Source: Mycolicibacterium smegmatis (GTDB taxonomy: Bacteria > Actinomycetota > Actinomycetes > Mycobacteriales > Mycobacteriaceae). Taken from it: 32,000 nucleotides of DNA. The position numbers were made by a program, and so were the translations under genes. Below are positions 1-9,889 of the stretch, piece after piece. A model generated the notes under the pieces. The model did no database searches, was not told the DNA's origin, and saw only the letters and a program-made list of their open reading frames with translations. Numbering within the stretch: the first letter of the stretch is position 1; the number at the start of each line of letters is the position of its first letter. The DNA is taken from positions 6,180,001 through 6,212,000 of the forward strand of contig NZ_LN831039.1 of NCBI RefSeq assembly GCF_001457595.1, given 5' to 3'.

Positions 1-331
1 CGCGCGCGGCCTGCAGCGCGGTGTAGCGCGCCGTGCGCGCGGCGGCCTCAGGCCCGCCGGAGCGGCCCACCACCACCGGGATGATCTCGGCGCCAACACA
101 TCCCACCGACAGCGCCTGCGCCCGAGCGGTCTCGGCCACCGCACGCGCCCCGGTCTGCAGGCCGTGGTCGACGATGAGCGCCGTGGTGGGACGCTCGGCC
201 GCCGCGACCGCGGTGAGCGCAAGCGAGTCCGGCCCGCCGGACAACGCCACACACCAACGCTCGCCGTCGACCTGCGCTGCGAAATCGGCCACCGCCCGAC
301 GCAGCGTCGCTACAGCACGCGATCGATCCAT
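1..331 (-). CDS. tilS: tRNA(Ile)-lysidine synthetase, N-terminal part (gene runs off the left edge)
   Basis: Not in the ORF track. Reverse-strand translation from ATG 331-329 reads MDRSRAVATLRRAVADFAAQVDGERWCVALSGGPDSLALTAVAAAERPTT... The PP-loop SGGxDS motif is present. The ORF overlaps the stop of the upstream gene by 22 nt. Its position next to the Rv3626c-like, dacB and ppa genes matches the mycobacterial order. Confidence 0.85.
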   Translation of the reverse strand, partial: MDRSRAVATLRRAVADFAAQVDGERWCVALSGGPDSLALTAVAAAERPTTALIVDHGLQTGARAVAETARAQALSVGCVGAEIIPVVVGRSGGPEAAARTARYTALQAAR

Positions 332-1383
332 CGCTGCGGTTCGTCGATCTCGGTTGGCAGCGGCAACGTCTCGGCGTTCGTCCACACGGTGTTGAACCGT
401 TGCATCCCCACCGCGGACACCACGTGGTCGACGAACGCCTTGCCGCGGGTGTACTGACTGAGCTTGGCGTCGAACCCCAGAAGTGCACGCACGACGCGCT
501 GCACCGGGGGCTGCTTGCGTTGCCTGCGTTCGTCGAAGCGCCGCCGGATGGTGCCCACGGTGGGCACCACGGCGGGGCCGACGGCGTCCATGACGTGATC
601 GGCGTGGCCTTCCAGCAGCGTGCCCAGCACGAGCAGCTGGTCGAGCGCGCGGCGCTGTGGTTCGGCTTGCACCGCACGCATCAGCCCCAGGATCCCGGTC
701 GAATTCGGTTCGGGCGCAGACCCGTTGGTGCCGCGCTGGTCACGCACATACTGCGCGAGGCGGCCGGCCAGTGCGGCGACATCGTCGCCCGCGTCCTGCG
801 TGAGCACCGCGAGCGCCTGCGACATGTGGTCGGCCAGCCAGGGGTTGGCACGGAACTGCACGCGGTGGGTGACCTCGTGCAGGCACACCCAGAGGCGGAA
901 ATCGGCTGGGGCGACGCGCAGTTGGCGTTCCACCGAGATGACGTTGGGGTACACCAGCAGCAGTTCACCGCCGTCGGGGCCGAACGGGTCGTACTGGCCC
1001 AGGATGCCCGACGAGATGAACGCCAGCAAAGCGCCGGTCTGCGCGCCGGTGACGCGCCCGGTGATGAACCCGGGCTTGTCCCCGTTCGCGTCACTGTCCC
1101 CGGTGTCGCCGCCCGTGGTCATCACGCGCATCGACCGGGTGGCCGCGCGGATCCAGGCGGGACGGTCGACGACACGGGCCTCGGGCACCTCGGCGCCCTC
1201 GTTGAGACCCGTGACCTCGCGGACGGGCAGCTCGGCGGCGCGTGCGCTCTCGGAGAGCTGATCGATGGCCTGGCGGCGCGTGTAGTCGGTCGAAGGCGGT
1301 TCGGGCCGCGCGAGCTTGGCGCCGACGGATGCGGCGAAATCCCAGTCGACCGCGCGGCCCGCGGTCATGGTGGGCCGGCTCAT
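310..1383 (-). CDS. zinc-dependent metalloprotease (Rv3626c-like conserved actinobacterial protein)
   Basis: HExxH motif in LHEVTHRVQF. The track ORF (310..1557) is trimmed to ATG 1383-1381, which forms an ATGA overlap with the dacB stop (1380-1382) and gives 357 aa. ATG 1392 is an alternative start. Confidence 0.8.
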   Translation of the reverse strand: MSRPTMTAGRAVDWDFAASVGAKLARPEPPSTDYTRRQAIDQLSESARAAELPVREVTGLNEGAEVPEARVVDRPAWIRAATRSMRVMTTGGDTGDSDANGDKPGFITGRVTGAQTGALLAFISSGILGQYDPFGPDGGELLLVYPNVISVERQLRVAPADFRLWVCLHEVTHRVQFRANPWLADHMSQALAVLTQDAGDDVAALAGRLAQYVRDQRGTNGSAPEPNSTGILGLMRAVQAEPQRRALDQLLVLGTLLEGHADHVMDAVGPAVVPTVGTIRRRFDERRQRKQPPVQRVVRALLGFDAKLSQYTRGKAFVDHVVSAVGMQRFNTVWTNAETLPLPTEIDEPQRWIDRVL

Positions 1384-2822
1384 GCGCCGCATCCGCAGCT
1401 GCGCAGCACCGCGGCGAGCCCGTCGATCGCGGTGCGTCCGGTGGGCCCGGCTTTGTTGGAGATCAGCGCGAACGTGAGCACCCGGCCGCTGTGGTCGGTG
1501 ACGATGCCTGCCAGCGCGTTGGTTCCGGTCAGCGACCCGGTCTTGGCGCGCAGCCACCCCGCTGCGGCACGGCCGGCGTCGGTGTCGAGGTAGCGGTTGG
1601 ACAGGGTGCCGCTGCCACCGGCGATGGGCAGCAGGTCCACCAGCGGCCGCAGAGCGGGCTGGGTGTGTCCGGCAGCGGCGTTGACCACCTCATCGAGGGT
1701 AAGCGCGGTCAGCCGGTTGTCGACCGACAGGCCGCTGGAGTCGACGAGCTTGGCACCCGAGGTGTCGATGCCCACGGATCGCAGCTGGGTCAGCACCGCC
1801 CCGACGGCACCCTCGAAGCTCTGTGGCCGGCCAAGCGCCTCGGCGACCTCACGGGCGATCGACTCGGCCATCACGTTGTCCGACTCGTTCATCATCTGCC
1901 GCAGCCGCTCGATGAGCGGCGCCGACTGCACCTCGGCGATTGTGGTGCCGCCACGCATGCCGGACGGCATCAGCGTCACCGACTCCGGTTCGACGCCCAG
2001 TGCAGCGGCCAGCGCCTTCCCCGCGTCGAGCGCGGGACTCTTCGACCGCCGCGATTCCACGGTGGTGGGCTGTGTGCGCCCGCCGTCGAGCATCACCGAT
2101 TCCATGGGGGCGATGTCGCCGCCGTCGATGTCGGCCGGGTCCCAGCCGGGTGCCATGGTGGGGCCGCTGTACGCGCTGGTGTCGACGCGCACACGGGTCA
2201 CGCGAATGCCGCGTGCGCGGACCTGGTCGGCGAGGTCGCTGATGCGGGCCGCACCCTTGTACCAGGTGTCGGTGCCCTTCGGCGCGGCCGAGAGTGTGGT
2301 GTCGCCGCCGCCGCGCAGCACCACCAGGCCGGGTTGGTCGTCGGCGGCGACCACCGTGGTGGTGAGCCGCGCATCGCGGTCGAGGGTCAGCAGCGCGGCC
2401 GCGGTGGTGAGCACCTTGTTGACCGACGCGGGCTGCATGGGCACGCGCGCACCCTGTTCCCACAGCTCGGCGCCCGTGTCGGCGTCGGTGATGCGGCCTG
2501 TGATCAGACCCAGATCGGGGTTTGCCAGCGCGGCCGCAAGGGCGGTCGCCAGCCCGCGGCGCGTCGGTGTGGGCGCCGACAGGTCGACCGGTACGACGCC
2601 GGGATCGGCGGTGGCAGGCGGCGGGGCGGGCGGCACGGCCTCTGCCGCGTCCGAGTGTTTGCCGGTGAACAGGGCCGCGGCGGCGACGACGGCGACGACG
2701 AGCGCGAGCACCGCAACACCTACCGCCACGTGGGTGGACCGTCTCCACCGAGTGGGCCGCATACTTCCCCTGCTCTCGATCGACCTTGGTGAGCCACCCC
2801 TGCGCGTCAGCCTATCGCTCAT
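1380..2822 (-). CDS. dacB: D-alanyl-D-alanine carboxypeptidase/endopeptidase, PBP4 (S13) family
   Basis: Penicillin-binding motifs SxxK (ASVNK), SxN (ESDNV) and KTG (AKTGSL). The N-terminal membrane anchor is [21 protein letters not shown]. The start is either 2822 or the internal ATG at 2762. Confidence 0.85.
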   Translation of the reverse strand: MSDRLTRRGGSPRSIESRGSMRPTRWRRSTHVAVGVAVLALVVAVVAAAALFTGKHSDAAEAVPPAPPPATADPGVVPVDLSAPTPTRRGLATALAAALANPDLGLITGRITDADTGAELWEQGARVPMQPASVNKVLTTAAALLTLDRDARLTTTVVAADDQPGLVVLRGGGDTTLSAAPKGTDTWYKGAARISDLADQVRARGIRVTRVRVDTSAYSGPTMAPGWDPADIDGGDIAPMESVMLDGGRTQPTTVESRRSKSPALDAGKALAAALGVEPESVTLMPSGMRGGTTIAEVQSAPLIERLRQMMNESDNVMAESIAREVAEALGRPQSFEGAVGAVLTQLRSVGIDTSGAKLVDSSGLSVDNRLTALTLDEVVNAAAGHTQPALRPLVDLLPIAGGSGTLSNRYLDTDAGRAAAGWLRAKTGSLTGTNALAGIVTDHSGRVLTFALISNKAGPTGRTAIDGLAAVLRSCGCGA

Positions 2823-2905
2823 CTAAGGTTGGCCCGGCGGGGTCGTCCCCGCGTCGTCTGACAAGACGATCCCAGTCTGATTGCACATGCGAAGGAGCCG
2901 CGACG

Positions 2906-3394
2906 GTGGAGTTCGACGTCGTCATCGAGATCCCGAAGGGTTCACGCAACAAGTACGAGGTGGATCACGAGACCGGCCGGGTCAAGCTGGACCGGTACCT
3001 GTACACCCCGATGGGTTATCCCACCGACTACGGCTTCTTCGAGAACACCCTGGGCGAGGACGGCGATCCGCTGGACGCGCTGGTGCTGCTGACCGAGTCG
3101 GTGTTCCCCGGTTGCGTTGTCGAGGCGCGCCCGGTCGCGATGTTCAAGATGACCGACGAGGCGGGCGGCGACGACAAGCTGCTGTGCGTGCCTGCCGGTG
3201 ACCCCCGCTGGGACCACATCCAGGACGTCGGCGACATCTCGCAGTTCGAACTCGGCGCCATCAAGCACTTCTTCGTGCACTACAAGGACCTCGAGCCCGG
3301 CAAGTTCGTCAAGACCGCCGACTGGGTGGGCCGCGCCGAGGCCGAGGCCGAACTGCAGCGCTCGGTCGAGCGGTTCAAGAGCTCCGGGCACTGA
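2906..3394 (+). CDS. ppa: inorganic pyrophosphatase (family I)
   Basis: [62 protein letters not shown] is near-identical to the mycobacterial Ppa as I remember it. The GTG start at 2906 is preceded by the SD GAAGGAG (2891-2897). It encodes 162 aa. The upstream extension in the track (from 2786) is rejected. Confidence 0.95.
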   Translation: MEFDVVIEIPKGSRNKYEVDHETGRVKLDRYLYTPMGYPTDYGFFENTLGEDGDPLDALVLLTESVFPGCVVEARPVAMFKMTDEAGGDDKLLCVPAGDPRWDHIQDVGDISQFELGAIKHFFVHYKDLEPGKFVKTADWVGRAEAEAELQRSVERFKSSGH

Positions 3395-3454
3395 TTTAGC
3401 CCGCAGTTAACACACCGTAACGCCGCTGTTCAATGCGGCTCCGATGATCATCGT

Positions 3455-3985
3455 GTGTTGATGCATCAGGGCATGGGGCTCGAGGCGTACAACGCGCTGC
3501 CGCTGCGCCGAGCCGTGCACGCGGTGTTCGAGTGCTGCTGCTGCGTGACGCTGGCCACCGATCTCGCGAAGGGGCGTCCCTACCCGGATCACGCTTCGCT
3601 GTTCGCCAAGGCCGACGAGCTGTTGTTCAGCCTGGGTGAGGCGTCGATGGACACGATCCTGCAGGCCTACCCGTGTGTGGGCAGCCGCCCGCACAGCGAG
3701 AAGTCCCGCGGCGAGCAGTGCGCGGTATGGGACGCCGACGCGACCGTGATGGCGCAACTGGACGAGGCCGCCCGGCGGTACTGCGAGCGGTTCGGGTTCG
3801 GGTTCGTGATGTACGTCGGCGACTCGTGTGCCCGCGATGTGCTCGCGGCCATGGACCTGCGGCTGCACAACGATCACGAAACCGAGCGCAAGGTGGTCCG
3901 CAACGAACTGTCGCGGATCAACCGCGCGCGCCTGGAGCGCATGCTGGGTCCCGAGGGCGGTTACGACAACTGGTGCCCGGACTGA
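3455..3985 (+). CDS. OHCU (2-oxo-4-hydroxy-4-carboxy-5-ureidoimidazoline) decarboxylase-like protein, atypical active-site motif
   Basis: Family pattern: YNALP...CC...RPYPD...(HPxIG position reads YPCVG)...SRGEQ...FGFGFVMYV...LRLHND...ELSRINRARLERM. The start could be any of the three N-terminal Met codons (3455/3461/3473). Confidence 0.6.
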   Translation: MLMHQGMGLEAYNALPLRRAVHAVFECCCCVTLATDLAKGRPYPDHASLFAKADELLFSLGEASMDTILQAYPCVGSRPHSEKSRGEQCAVWDADATVMAQLDEAARRYCERFGFGFVMYVGDSCARDVLAAMDLRLHNDHETERKVVRNELSRINRARLERMLGPEGGYDNWCPD

Positions 3986-4965
3986 CGATCCATACGGTCT
4001 ATCTGGTTCACCAGGGGCTCGCCGCGCTGCAGGCGGCCGATGTTGGCCGCGATGTCGTCGGCCCGTGCCGCGAAGGTGTCGGCGGTGACCCCGGAGACGT
4101 GCGGTGTCATGAGCACGTTGGGCAGCGTGTCGAACGGTAGATCGCTGGGCGTGCCGTCGCCGTCGGGGCCCGGGTAGCGGTACCACACGTCGAGCGCCGC
4201 GGCCGCGATCGTGCCCGCGGACAACGCCTCGTACAGCGCGGATTCCACCACGAGCGGCCCCCTGCCCACGTTGATCAACACCCCTGAGGGTCCCAGCGCC
4301 CGCAGTTCGTCCGCGCCGATCATGCCGACCGTGCGCTCGGTGAGCGGCGCGCACACCACGACCACGTCGGATTCGGTCATCAGCGCCGTGAGCCTGCCGG
4401 TGTCGCCTGCCCAGCGCAGCCCCTCGGCGGCCGCGTCGACACGGCCGGTGCCGGTGACCGCGACCGCTTCGGACCCGAAGGCGCGCAACAGTTTCCAACT
4501 GGTGCGGCCGATGTGCCCGAATCCGATGTAACCGATGCGCGCATCCCGCAGTGTGCGTGGCTGCGGGATCTGCCGGTCGTAGCCCGGGGTGGCCCATCGT
4601 CCCGTCCGCAGCGCACGGTCCTGCGCCAGGAAGTCCCGGCGCAGCAGCACCGCGGCACCCGCGATGTACTCGGCGATCGACTCCTCGTGGTGGAAGGTGT
4701 TGGCCACCAGGGTGTCCGCGCGCAGGTGCGCGAAGTCGATCTTGTCGGTCCCCGCCCCGTTGACGTGGATCAGCCGCAACCGGTGCGCGGCGGCCGCCAT
4801 GTCGGCGGTGAACCTGCTGCCCACGTAGACATCGGCGTCCGGTAGGTCATCGAGGATCCGGCTGTCGCCGGGTTCGCGCCAGCACACGGTGACCCCGGCG
4901 GGCAGGGCGGCTTCCAGCCGGGATCGGTGCGGCAGGAGGTGGGCGTCGGCGACCAGAACGTGCAT
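3961..4965 (-). CDS. D-isomer-specific 2-hydroxyacid dehydrogenase (NAD-binding)
   Basis: MHVLVADAH... with the Rossmann motif IGYIGFGHIGRT, then NVGRGPLVVESAL and TPHVSG. The ATG at 4965 is preceded by the SD GAGGAAG and lies 5 nt after the gudD stop. The track ORF 3961..5793 is an over-extension running through gudD. Confidence 0.85.
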   Translation of the reverse strand: MHVLVADAHLLPHRSRLEAALPAGVTVCWREPGDSRILDDLPDADVYVGSRFTADMAAAAHRLRLIHVNGAGTDKIDFAHLRADTLVANTFHHEESIAEYIAGAAVLLRRDFLAQDRALRTGRWATPGYDRQIPQPRTLRDARIGYIGFGHIGRTSWKLLRAFGSEAVAVTGTGRVDAAAEGLRWAGDTGRLTALMTESDVVVVCAPLTERTVGMIGADELRALGPSGVLINVGRGPLVVESALYEALSAGTIAAAALDVWYRYPGPDGDGTPSDLPFDTLPNVLMTPHVSGVTADTFAARADDIAANIGRLQRGEPLVNQIDRMDRQSGHQLS

Positions 4966-4970
4966 GATCG

Positions 4971-6320
4971 TCACTTCCTCTGCAGAGCAGGACGTTTGGG
5001 GTCGAATGTCCAGCCGGGGATCAGGTACTGCATCGCGACGGAGTCGTCGCGCGCGCCGAGCCCCTCGGCCAGATACAGCTCGTGTGCGGCCGCGACGCGG
5101 TCGTCGTCGAGTTCCACCCCGAGCCCCGGCGCGGTGGGCACGTCGAGGTATCCGTCGACGATCTCGAAGGGCTGCTTGGTGATGCGCTGCCCGTCCTGCC
5201 AGATCCAGTGGGTGTCGATCGCGGTGATGTCGCCGGGCGCGGCGGCCGCGACGTGGGTGAACATCGCCAGCGACACGTCGAAGTGGTTGTTGGAGTGTGA
5301 ACCCCACGTCAGGCCCCAGGCGTCGCAGATGGCCGCGACACGCACCGATCCGCTCATGGTCCAGAAGTGCGGATCGGCCAGCGGGATGTCCACGGCGCCC
5401 GCGCGGATCGCGTGGCCGAGTTCGCGCCAGTCCGTGGCGATCATGTTGGTGGCCGTCGGCAGCCCGGTGGCCCGTTTGAACTCGGCCATCACCTCGCGCC
5501 CCGAGAACGTGCCCTCGGGGCCGACGGGATCCTCGGCGTAGGCCAGCACATCGGTGAGCTGCCTGCACGTGACGATCGCGTCGCGCAGCAGCCAGCCGCC
5601 GTTGGGATCGAGCGTGATCCGCGCGTCGGGGAACCGTTCGGCCAGCGCGGTGACGGCCTTGGCCTCCTCCGCCGCGGGCAGCACGCCGCCCTTGAGCTTG
5701 AAGTCGCCGAACCCGTACCGCGCGCGGGCGGCCTCGGCCAACCGGACCACGGCCTCCGGGGACAACGCCTCGTCGTGGCGGATGCGCTGCCACTCGTCGG
5801 CGCCCGCGGGCTCGTCGTCGGGTGAGCGGTACGGCAGATCGGTGCGGTTGCGGTCGCCCACGAAGAACAGATATCCGAGCGCCTGCACGCGGTTTCGCTG
5901 CTGACCGTCGCCGAGCAGTGCGGCGACCGGCACGCCGAGATGCTTGCCCAGCAGGTCCAGCAGTGCCGATTCGACCGCGGTGACGGCGTGCACCGTGACC
6001 CGCAGGTCGAAGGTCTGCGCGCCCCGGCCGCCGCTGTCGCGGTCGGCGAACGCGCCGCGGATCGCGGCGAGCGTGGCGTGGTACTCGCCGATCGAACGGC
6101 CCACCACGAGTGGCGTGGCGTCGGTGAGGGTCCGGCGGATGGCCTCGCCTCCCGGCACCTCACCGACACCGGTGTTGCCGTCGGAATCCGTGAGTTTCAC
6201 GAGGTTCCTGGTGAAGTAGGGCCCGTGTGCGCCACTGAGGTTGAGCAGCATGCTGTCGTGCCCGGCGACCGGGATCACGGTCATCTCGGTGACCACCGGG
6301 GTCGTGCCGTGTGCGGTCAT
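4971..6320 (-). CDS. gudD: D-glucarate dehydratase (enolase superfamily)
   Basis: The N-terminus [36 protein letters not shown]... is almost identical to the E. coli GudD N-terminus as I remember it. Catalytic motifs: KLKGG, LDPNGGW, AEDP, ATNM, ADPHFW, HSNNH. The ATG at 6320 has the SD GAGGAGG. 449 aa. Confidence 0.9.
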   Translation of the reverse strand: MTAHGTTPVVTEMTVIPVAGHDSMLLNLSGAHGPYFTRNLVKLTDSDGNTGVGEVPGGEAIRRTLTDATPLVVGRSIGEYHATLAAIRGAFADRDSGGRGAQTFDLRVTVHAVTAVESALLDLLGKHLGVPVAALLGDGQQRNRVQALGYLFFVGDRNRTDLPYRSPDDEPAGADEWQRIRHDEALSPEAVVRLAEAARARYGFGDFKLKGGVLPAAEEAKAVTALAERFPDARITLDPNGGWLLRDAIVTCRQLTDVLAYAEDPVGPEGTFSGREVMAEFKRATGLPTATNMIATDWRELGHAIRAGAVDIPLADPHFWTMSGSVRVAAICDAWGLTWGSHSNNHFDVSLAMFTHVAAAAPGDITAIDTHWIWQDGQRITKQPFEIVDGYLDVPTAPGLGVELDDDRVAAAHELYLAEGLGARDDSVAMQYLIPGWTFDPKRPALQRK

Positions 6321-6345
6321 GTGTCCTCCTCGATGAGTGTCGGGT

Positions 6346-7146
6346 TCACGCGAACCACTTGTCCCCGTTGGCCACCGGGCGCACGACACGCGACACCTTG
6401 TCGCACACCATGCGCAGCGCGTCGACGATCTCGCGTTCGTGTTCGGGGGTGAGCCGCGACAGCGGCACCGACGCGCTGATCGCGTCCTGCGCGGGTTGCC
6501 GGTAACGCAGCGCCACCGCGAAACACTTTGTGCCCAGCGTGTTCTCCTCGTTCTCGGTGGCATAGCCGCGTACCCGCGCCTCGCCGAGAGCGTCGTCGAG
6601 AACCGCGCGGTCGGTGATGGTGTGCGGCGTCAACGGAGTCAGGGTCTGCGGGACGTGGGCATCGAGGTCGGCGCCGAACCGCTCGGCCAGCAGGGCCTTG
6701 CCCAGTGCGGTGGTGTAGGCAGGCAACCGGCGGCCCACCTTGTTGGTGGTGCGCACGTACTGCCGGGACTCGCGCGTGGCCAGGTAGACGACGTCGTACC
6801 CGTCGAGGCGCGCGAGGTGGAACGTCTCGTCGAGTTCGCCGCGCAGATCGTCGAGAAACGGTGTGATCAGCGGCAGATACGGGTCGGCGTCCAGGTAGCT
6901 GGTGCCCACCAGCAGCGCGCGGATCCCGATGCTGTACTGCGTACCCGCCTCGTCCGATCGCACCCAGCCCTGCGCGACGAGCGTGCGCAGCAGCGCGTGC
7001 GCGGAACTGCGTGGCATGTCCAGCGCCGCGCAGATCTCCCGGATGCGTGTGGGCCGGTCCGGCCGGGCCGCGAGGTACTCGAGCAGTTCGACGGTGCGGA
7101 CCGCCGATTTCACCTTGCGCACCGAAACGGCGTCATCGGTTGACAA
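6346..7146 (-). CDS. IclR-family transcriptional regulator
   Basis: The N-terminal wHTH ([48 protein letters not shown]) is followed by an IclR effector domain. The TTG start at 7146 lies 1 nt after the TauE stop, with a GGGGGGA SD-like run upstream. In-frame GTG codons at 7122 and 7113 are alternatives. Confidence 0.8.
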   Translation of the reverse strand: MSTDDAVSVRKVKSAVRTVELLEYLAARPDRPTRIREICAALDMPRSSAHALLRTLVAQGWVRSDEAGTQYSIGIRALLVGTSYLDADPYLPLITPFLDDLRGELDETFHLARLDGYDVVYLATRESRQYVRTTNKVGRRLPAYTTALGKALLAERFGADLDAHVPQTLTPLTPHTITDRAVLDDALGEARVRGYATENEENTLGTKCFAVALRYRQPAQDAISASVPLSRLTPEHEREIVDALRMVCDKVSRVVRPVANGDKWFA

Positions 7147-7147
7147 T

Positions 7148-7870
7148 TCATCCCCCCATCAACTGTCGGACGATCAGGATCACCGCACCGAGAGTCGAGA
7201 TCGCGATCGCGGCCCGGCGCTGCCGGTTGCGGTCCAGATGCCGGTTGACCCAGCGGGACAGCGCGTATCCCACGGCCACGGCGGGGATCAGCAACGCGAA
7301 CATCACCAGGGTGTGGCGGTCGATGGCGCCGGTCGCCGCCAGAACCGCGAGCGAGAGCACCGAACCCACCAGGAAGAACCCACTCATCGTGCCGCGCAAC
7401 CGCGCGCCGGTGCTGTTCTGCCACACCAGCGCCATGGGTGGGCCGCCGATGGCGGTGGCGGTGCCCAGCACGCCCGACGTCGCGCCGGCCAACACGAGGT
7501 TGCGGCGGTGTGGAGCGGGCATCCACCCGAGGCTCGTCACCGCGACGCCCGTGAGCACCACGGCCGCCAGCGCGAACGCGAGCGCCTTCTCGGGCAGCGC
7601 CATCAGCAGCAGTGCACCGAGAACGGTTCCGGGCACGCGTCCCAGCAGCGCCCACCCGGTCCCGGACAGGTCGATCGACTCGCGTTCGCGGATCACGACC
7701 AGCAGGGTGACCGCGGTGGCCAGCATGATGAGCGTGCCGGGGATCAGCGCGGGATCCACGATCGCGACCACGGGCGCGGCGAGCATGCCCATGCCGAACC
7801 CGATCGAGGCCTGCATGCACGACGCCAGCAGGATCGCCGCGGCGACCACCGCATAGCCCGCGACTGTCAC
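7148..7870 (-). CDS. sulfite-exporter TauE/SafE-family membrane permease
   Basis: Multi-pass hydrophobic protein with a TauE-like N-terminus (AILLASCMQASIGFGMGMLAAP). It is trimmed to GTG 7870-7868, which forms a GTGA overlap with the upstream ATPase stop (7867-7869). The Arg/Pro-rich extension to 8020 in the track is rejected. Confidence 0.7.
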   Translation of the reverse strand: MTVAGYAVVAAAILLASCMQASIGFGMGMLAAPVVAIVDPALIPGTLIMLATAVTLLVVIRERESIDLSGTGWALLGRVPGTVLGALLLMALPEKALAFALAAVVLTGVAVTSLGWMPAPHRRNLVLAGATSGVLGTATAIGGPPMALVWQNSTGARLRGTMSGFFLVGSVLSLAVLAATGAIDRHTLVMFALLIPAVAVGYALSRWVNRHLDRNRQRRAAIAISTLGAVILIVRQLMGG

Positions 7871-8865
7871 GCCGGGACCGACATCGCGTGGTGCATCGGG
7901 TGATGGCACTCGGCGATGTGGGCACTGCCGTCTGTTTCCTCCGCCGGCTCGACCGCGTGCGGCGGGGTGGTCTGTGCGCAGATGTCGGTGGCCTTCCAGC
8001 ACCGGGTGCGGAACCGGCATCCCGACGGCGGGTTCAGCGGCGACGGGACCTCTCCGGTGAGCAGGATCCGTTCACGCCGCTGCGTGGCATCGAGTTTCGG
8101 CGCGGCCGACATCAGCGCCGCGGTGTAGGGGTGGCCGGGCCGGTTGTAGACGTCCTCGGTGCGTCCGGATTCGATCATCCGGCCCAGGTACATGACCGTG
8201 ACCCGGTCGGCCACGTGGCGGACCACCGACAGGTCGTGCGATATGAAGATGTAGGAGATCTGCAGTTGCTGCTGCAAATCGTTGAGCAGGTTGAGCACCT
8301 GCGCCTGCACCGAGAGGTCCAGCGCCGACACCGGTTCGTCGCAGATGATCACGTCGGGATCCAGCGCGAGGGCGCGGGCGATGCCCAGGCGCTGCCGCTG
8401 ACCGCCCGAGAACTCCTGCGGGTACTTGTCCGCGGCGTGTGCGCTCAGTCCGACCATGTCGAGCAGCTCGCGCACCCGCGCGTCGCGGTCCGAACGGCGC
8501 GGGTACATCGTCTTGTGGCTGCGCCACGGTTCGGCGATGATGTCGGCCGCGGTCATGCGGGAGTTCAGCGACGCGTACGGGTCCTGGAACACCATCTGCA
8601 CGCGGCGGCGGTAGGCCAGCAGGTCCTTGCCGCGCAACCGGAACGGATCGACCCCGTCGAACGTGACGGTGCCCGCGTCGGGCCGCTCGAGCATCATCAG
8701 CGTGCGCGCCAACGTCGATTTGCCGCAACCGGATTCGCCGACCAGGCCGAGCGTCTCGCCGCGGTCGAGGTGCAGGTTGATGCCGTCGAGCGCCACCAGA
8801 CGGTTCTTGCCCGCGACGCGGAACGACTTGCGCAGGTCGCGCACCTGCAGCAGGTGTTCACTCAT
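7867..8865 (-). CDS. ABC transporter ATP-binding protein, Dpp/Opp F-type
   Basis: Walker [10 protein letters not shown], signature FSGGQRQR, Walker B IICDEPVSALD, and the C-terminal oligopeptide-ATPase extension (HPYTAAL...CRFRTRC). The SD GGAGGAG precedes the ATG at 8865. Confidence 0.9.
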   Translation of the reverse strand: MSEHLLQVRDLRKSFRVAGKNRLVALDGINLHLDRGETLGLVGESGCGKSTLARTLMMLERPDAGTVTFDGVDPFRLRGKDLLAYRRRVQMVFQDPYASLNSRMTAADIIAEPWRSHKTMYPRRSDRDARVRELLDMVGLSAHAADKYPQEFSGGQRQRLGIARALALDPDVIICDEPVSALDLSVQAQVLNLLNDLQQQLQISYIFISHDLSVVRHVADRVTVMYLGRMIESGRTEDVYNRPGHPYTAALMSAAPKLDATQRRERILLTGEVPSPLNPPSGCRFRTRCWKATDICAQTTPPHAVEPAEETDGSAHIAECHHPMHHAMSVPA

Positions 8866-9889
8866 GGTGTTCTCCTCCCGTTCCGCCTGCCGCTCGATCG
8901 GAAAAGTGGCACGCGGCGCGGCGATGCTCGCCTTCGAGCACCGGCCTGGTGGTCACGCAGATGTCGGCAACGTGCGGGCAGCGGTCCTGGTAGACACAGC
9001 CTTTCGGGATCGCGCTGAGCTCGGGCGGCGCCCCGCCGATCGACGCCAGCGCCTCGCCGCGCACCGCGCTGACCGGCACCGAGTCCAGCAGACCTTTGGT
9101 GTAGGGATGCGCCGGGTTGGCGAAAACCTCGGCCACCGGGCCGGTTTCGACGATCTGTCCGGCGTACATCACCGCGACGCGGTCGGCCTCCTCGGCCACG
9201 AGCGCCAGGTCGTGGGTGATCAGCACGACCGCCATGTGGTATTCGGTGCGCAGGTCCCGCAGCAGCGCCATGATCTGCGCCTGCACTGTGACGTCGAGCG
9301 CGGTGGTCGGCTCGTCGGCGATCAGCACGGTGGGGTTGAGCGCGACGGCCATCGCGATGAGCAGGCGCTGGCGCATACCGCCGGAGAACTGGTGCGGGTA
9401 GTCGTGCAGGCGCGACTCGGGTTGCGGTATCCCGACGCGTTCCATCAGTTCGACGGCCTTGTTCCGGGCCTCCCTGGCACTCAGTCCCCGGTGGATGCGG
9501 AACGGTTCGGCCAGTTGGGTTCCCACGGTGTAGAGCGGGTTGAGCGCGGTGAGTGCGTCCTGGAACACGATGGCCAGTTCGGTGCCCGCGAGTGCGCGGC
9601 GAGTCTTGCGGTCGGCGCTGATCAGGTCCACCTCGCCGAGGTGCGCGGTGCCCGCCGAGACGCTCGCGACGGGTTCGAGCAGGCCGACCAGCGCGGTGGC
9701 CGTCATCGACTTGCCGCACCCGGATTCGCCGAGAAGCGCCAGGGTTTCGCCGCGGTGCGCCTCGAACGACACGTGGTCGACCGCGCGCACCGTGCCGGAC
9801 ATGCTGCGGATGTCCACACACAGTCCGTCGACCTTGAGCGCAGGATCGGCCAGCACGGCGGTGGTGGACCGGTTCGCAGGTGAGGTCAT
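8858..9889 (-). CDS. ABC transporter ATP-binding protein, Dpp/Opp D-type
   Basis: Walker [10 protein letters not shown], signature FSGGMRQR, Walker [12 protein letters not shown], plus [11 protein letters not shown] 9889-9887 forms an ATGA overlap with the permease stop. The track ORF 8858..10738 is over-extended. Confidence 0.9.
   Translation of the reverse strand: MTSPANRSTTAVLADPALKVDGLCVDIRSMSGTVRAVDHVSFEAHRGETLALLGESGCGKSMTATALVGLLEPVASVSAGTAHLGEVDLISADRKTRRALAGTELAIVFQDALTALNPLYTVGTQLAEPFRIHRGLSAREARNKAVELMERVGIPQPESRLHDYPHQFSGGMRQRLLIAMAVALNPTVLIADEPTTALDVTVQAQIMALLRDLRTEYHMAVVLITHDLALVAEEADRVAVMYAGQIVETGPVAEVFANPAHPYTKGLLDSVPVSAVRGEALASIGGAPPELSAIPKGCVYQDRCPHVADICVTTRPVLEGEHRRAACHFSDRAAGGTGGEHHE

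Noticed and set aside
400-2792. Plus-strand ORFs 400..1593 (397 aa), 1242..2792 (516 aa) and 1597..2826 (409 aa)
   Set aside because: They are antisense to the Zn-protease and dacB genes, which have HExxH and SxxK/SxN/KTG motifs. They are compositionally biased shadow ORFs.
3422-3439. Hairpin GCCGC-tgttcaat-GCGGC after ppa as a terminator
   Set aside because: It has only a 5-bp stem, an 8-nt loop and no U-tract. That is too weak to call.
3961-5793. Over-long versions of real genes in the track: 3961..5793, 4971..6563, 7148..8020, 8858..10738, 16700..17521, 18717..20123, 2786..3394, 15761..16234, 29489..31105 and 11838..13460
   Set aside because: In each case the N-terminal extension runs through the preceding gene or through intergenic DNA and is Arg/Pro-rich. 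An internal start with an SD and/or a 4-nt start/stop overlap reproduces the expected family N-terminus and length.
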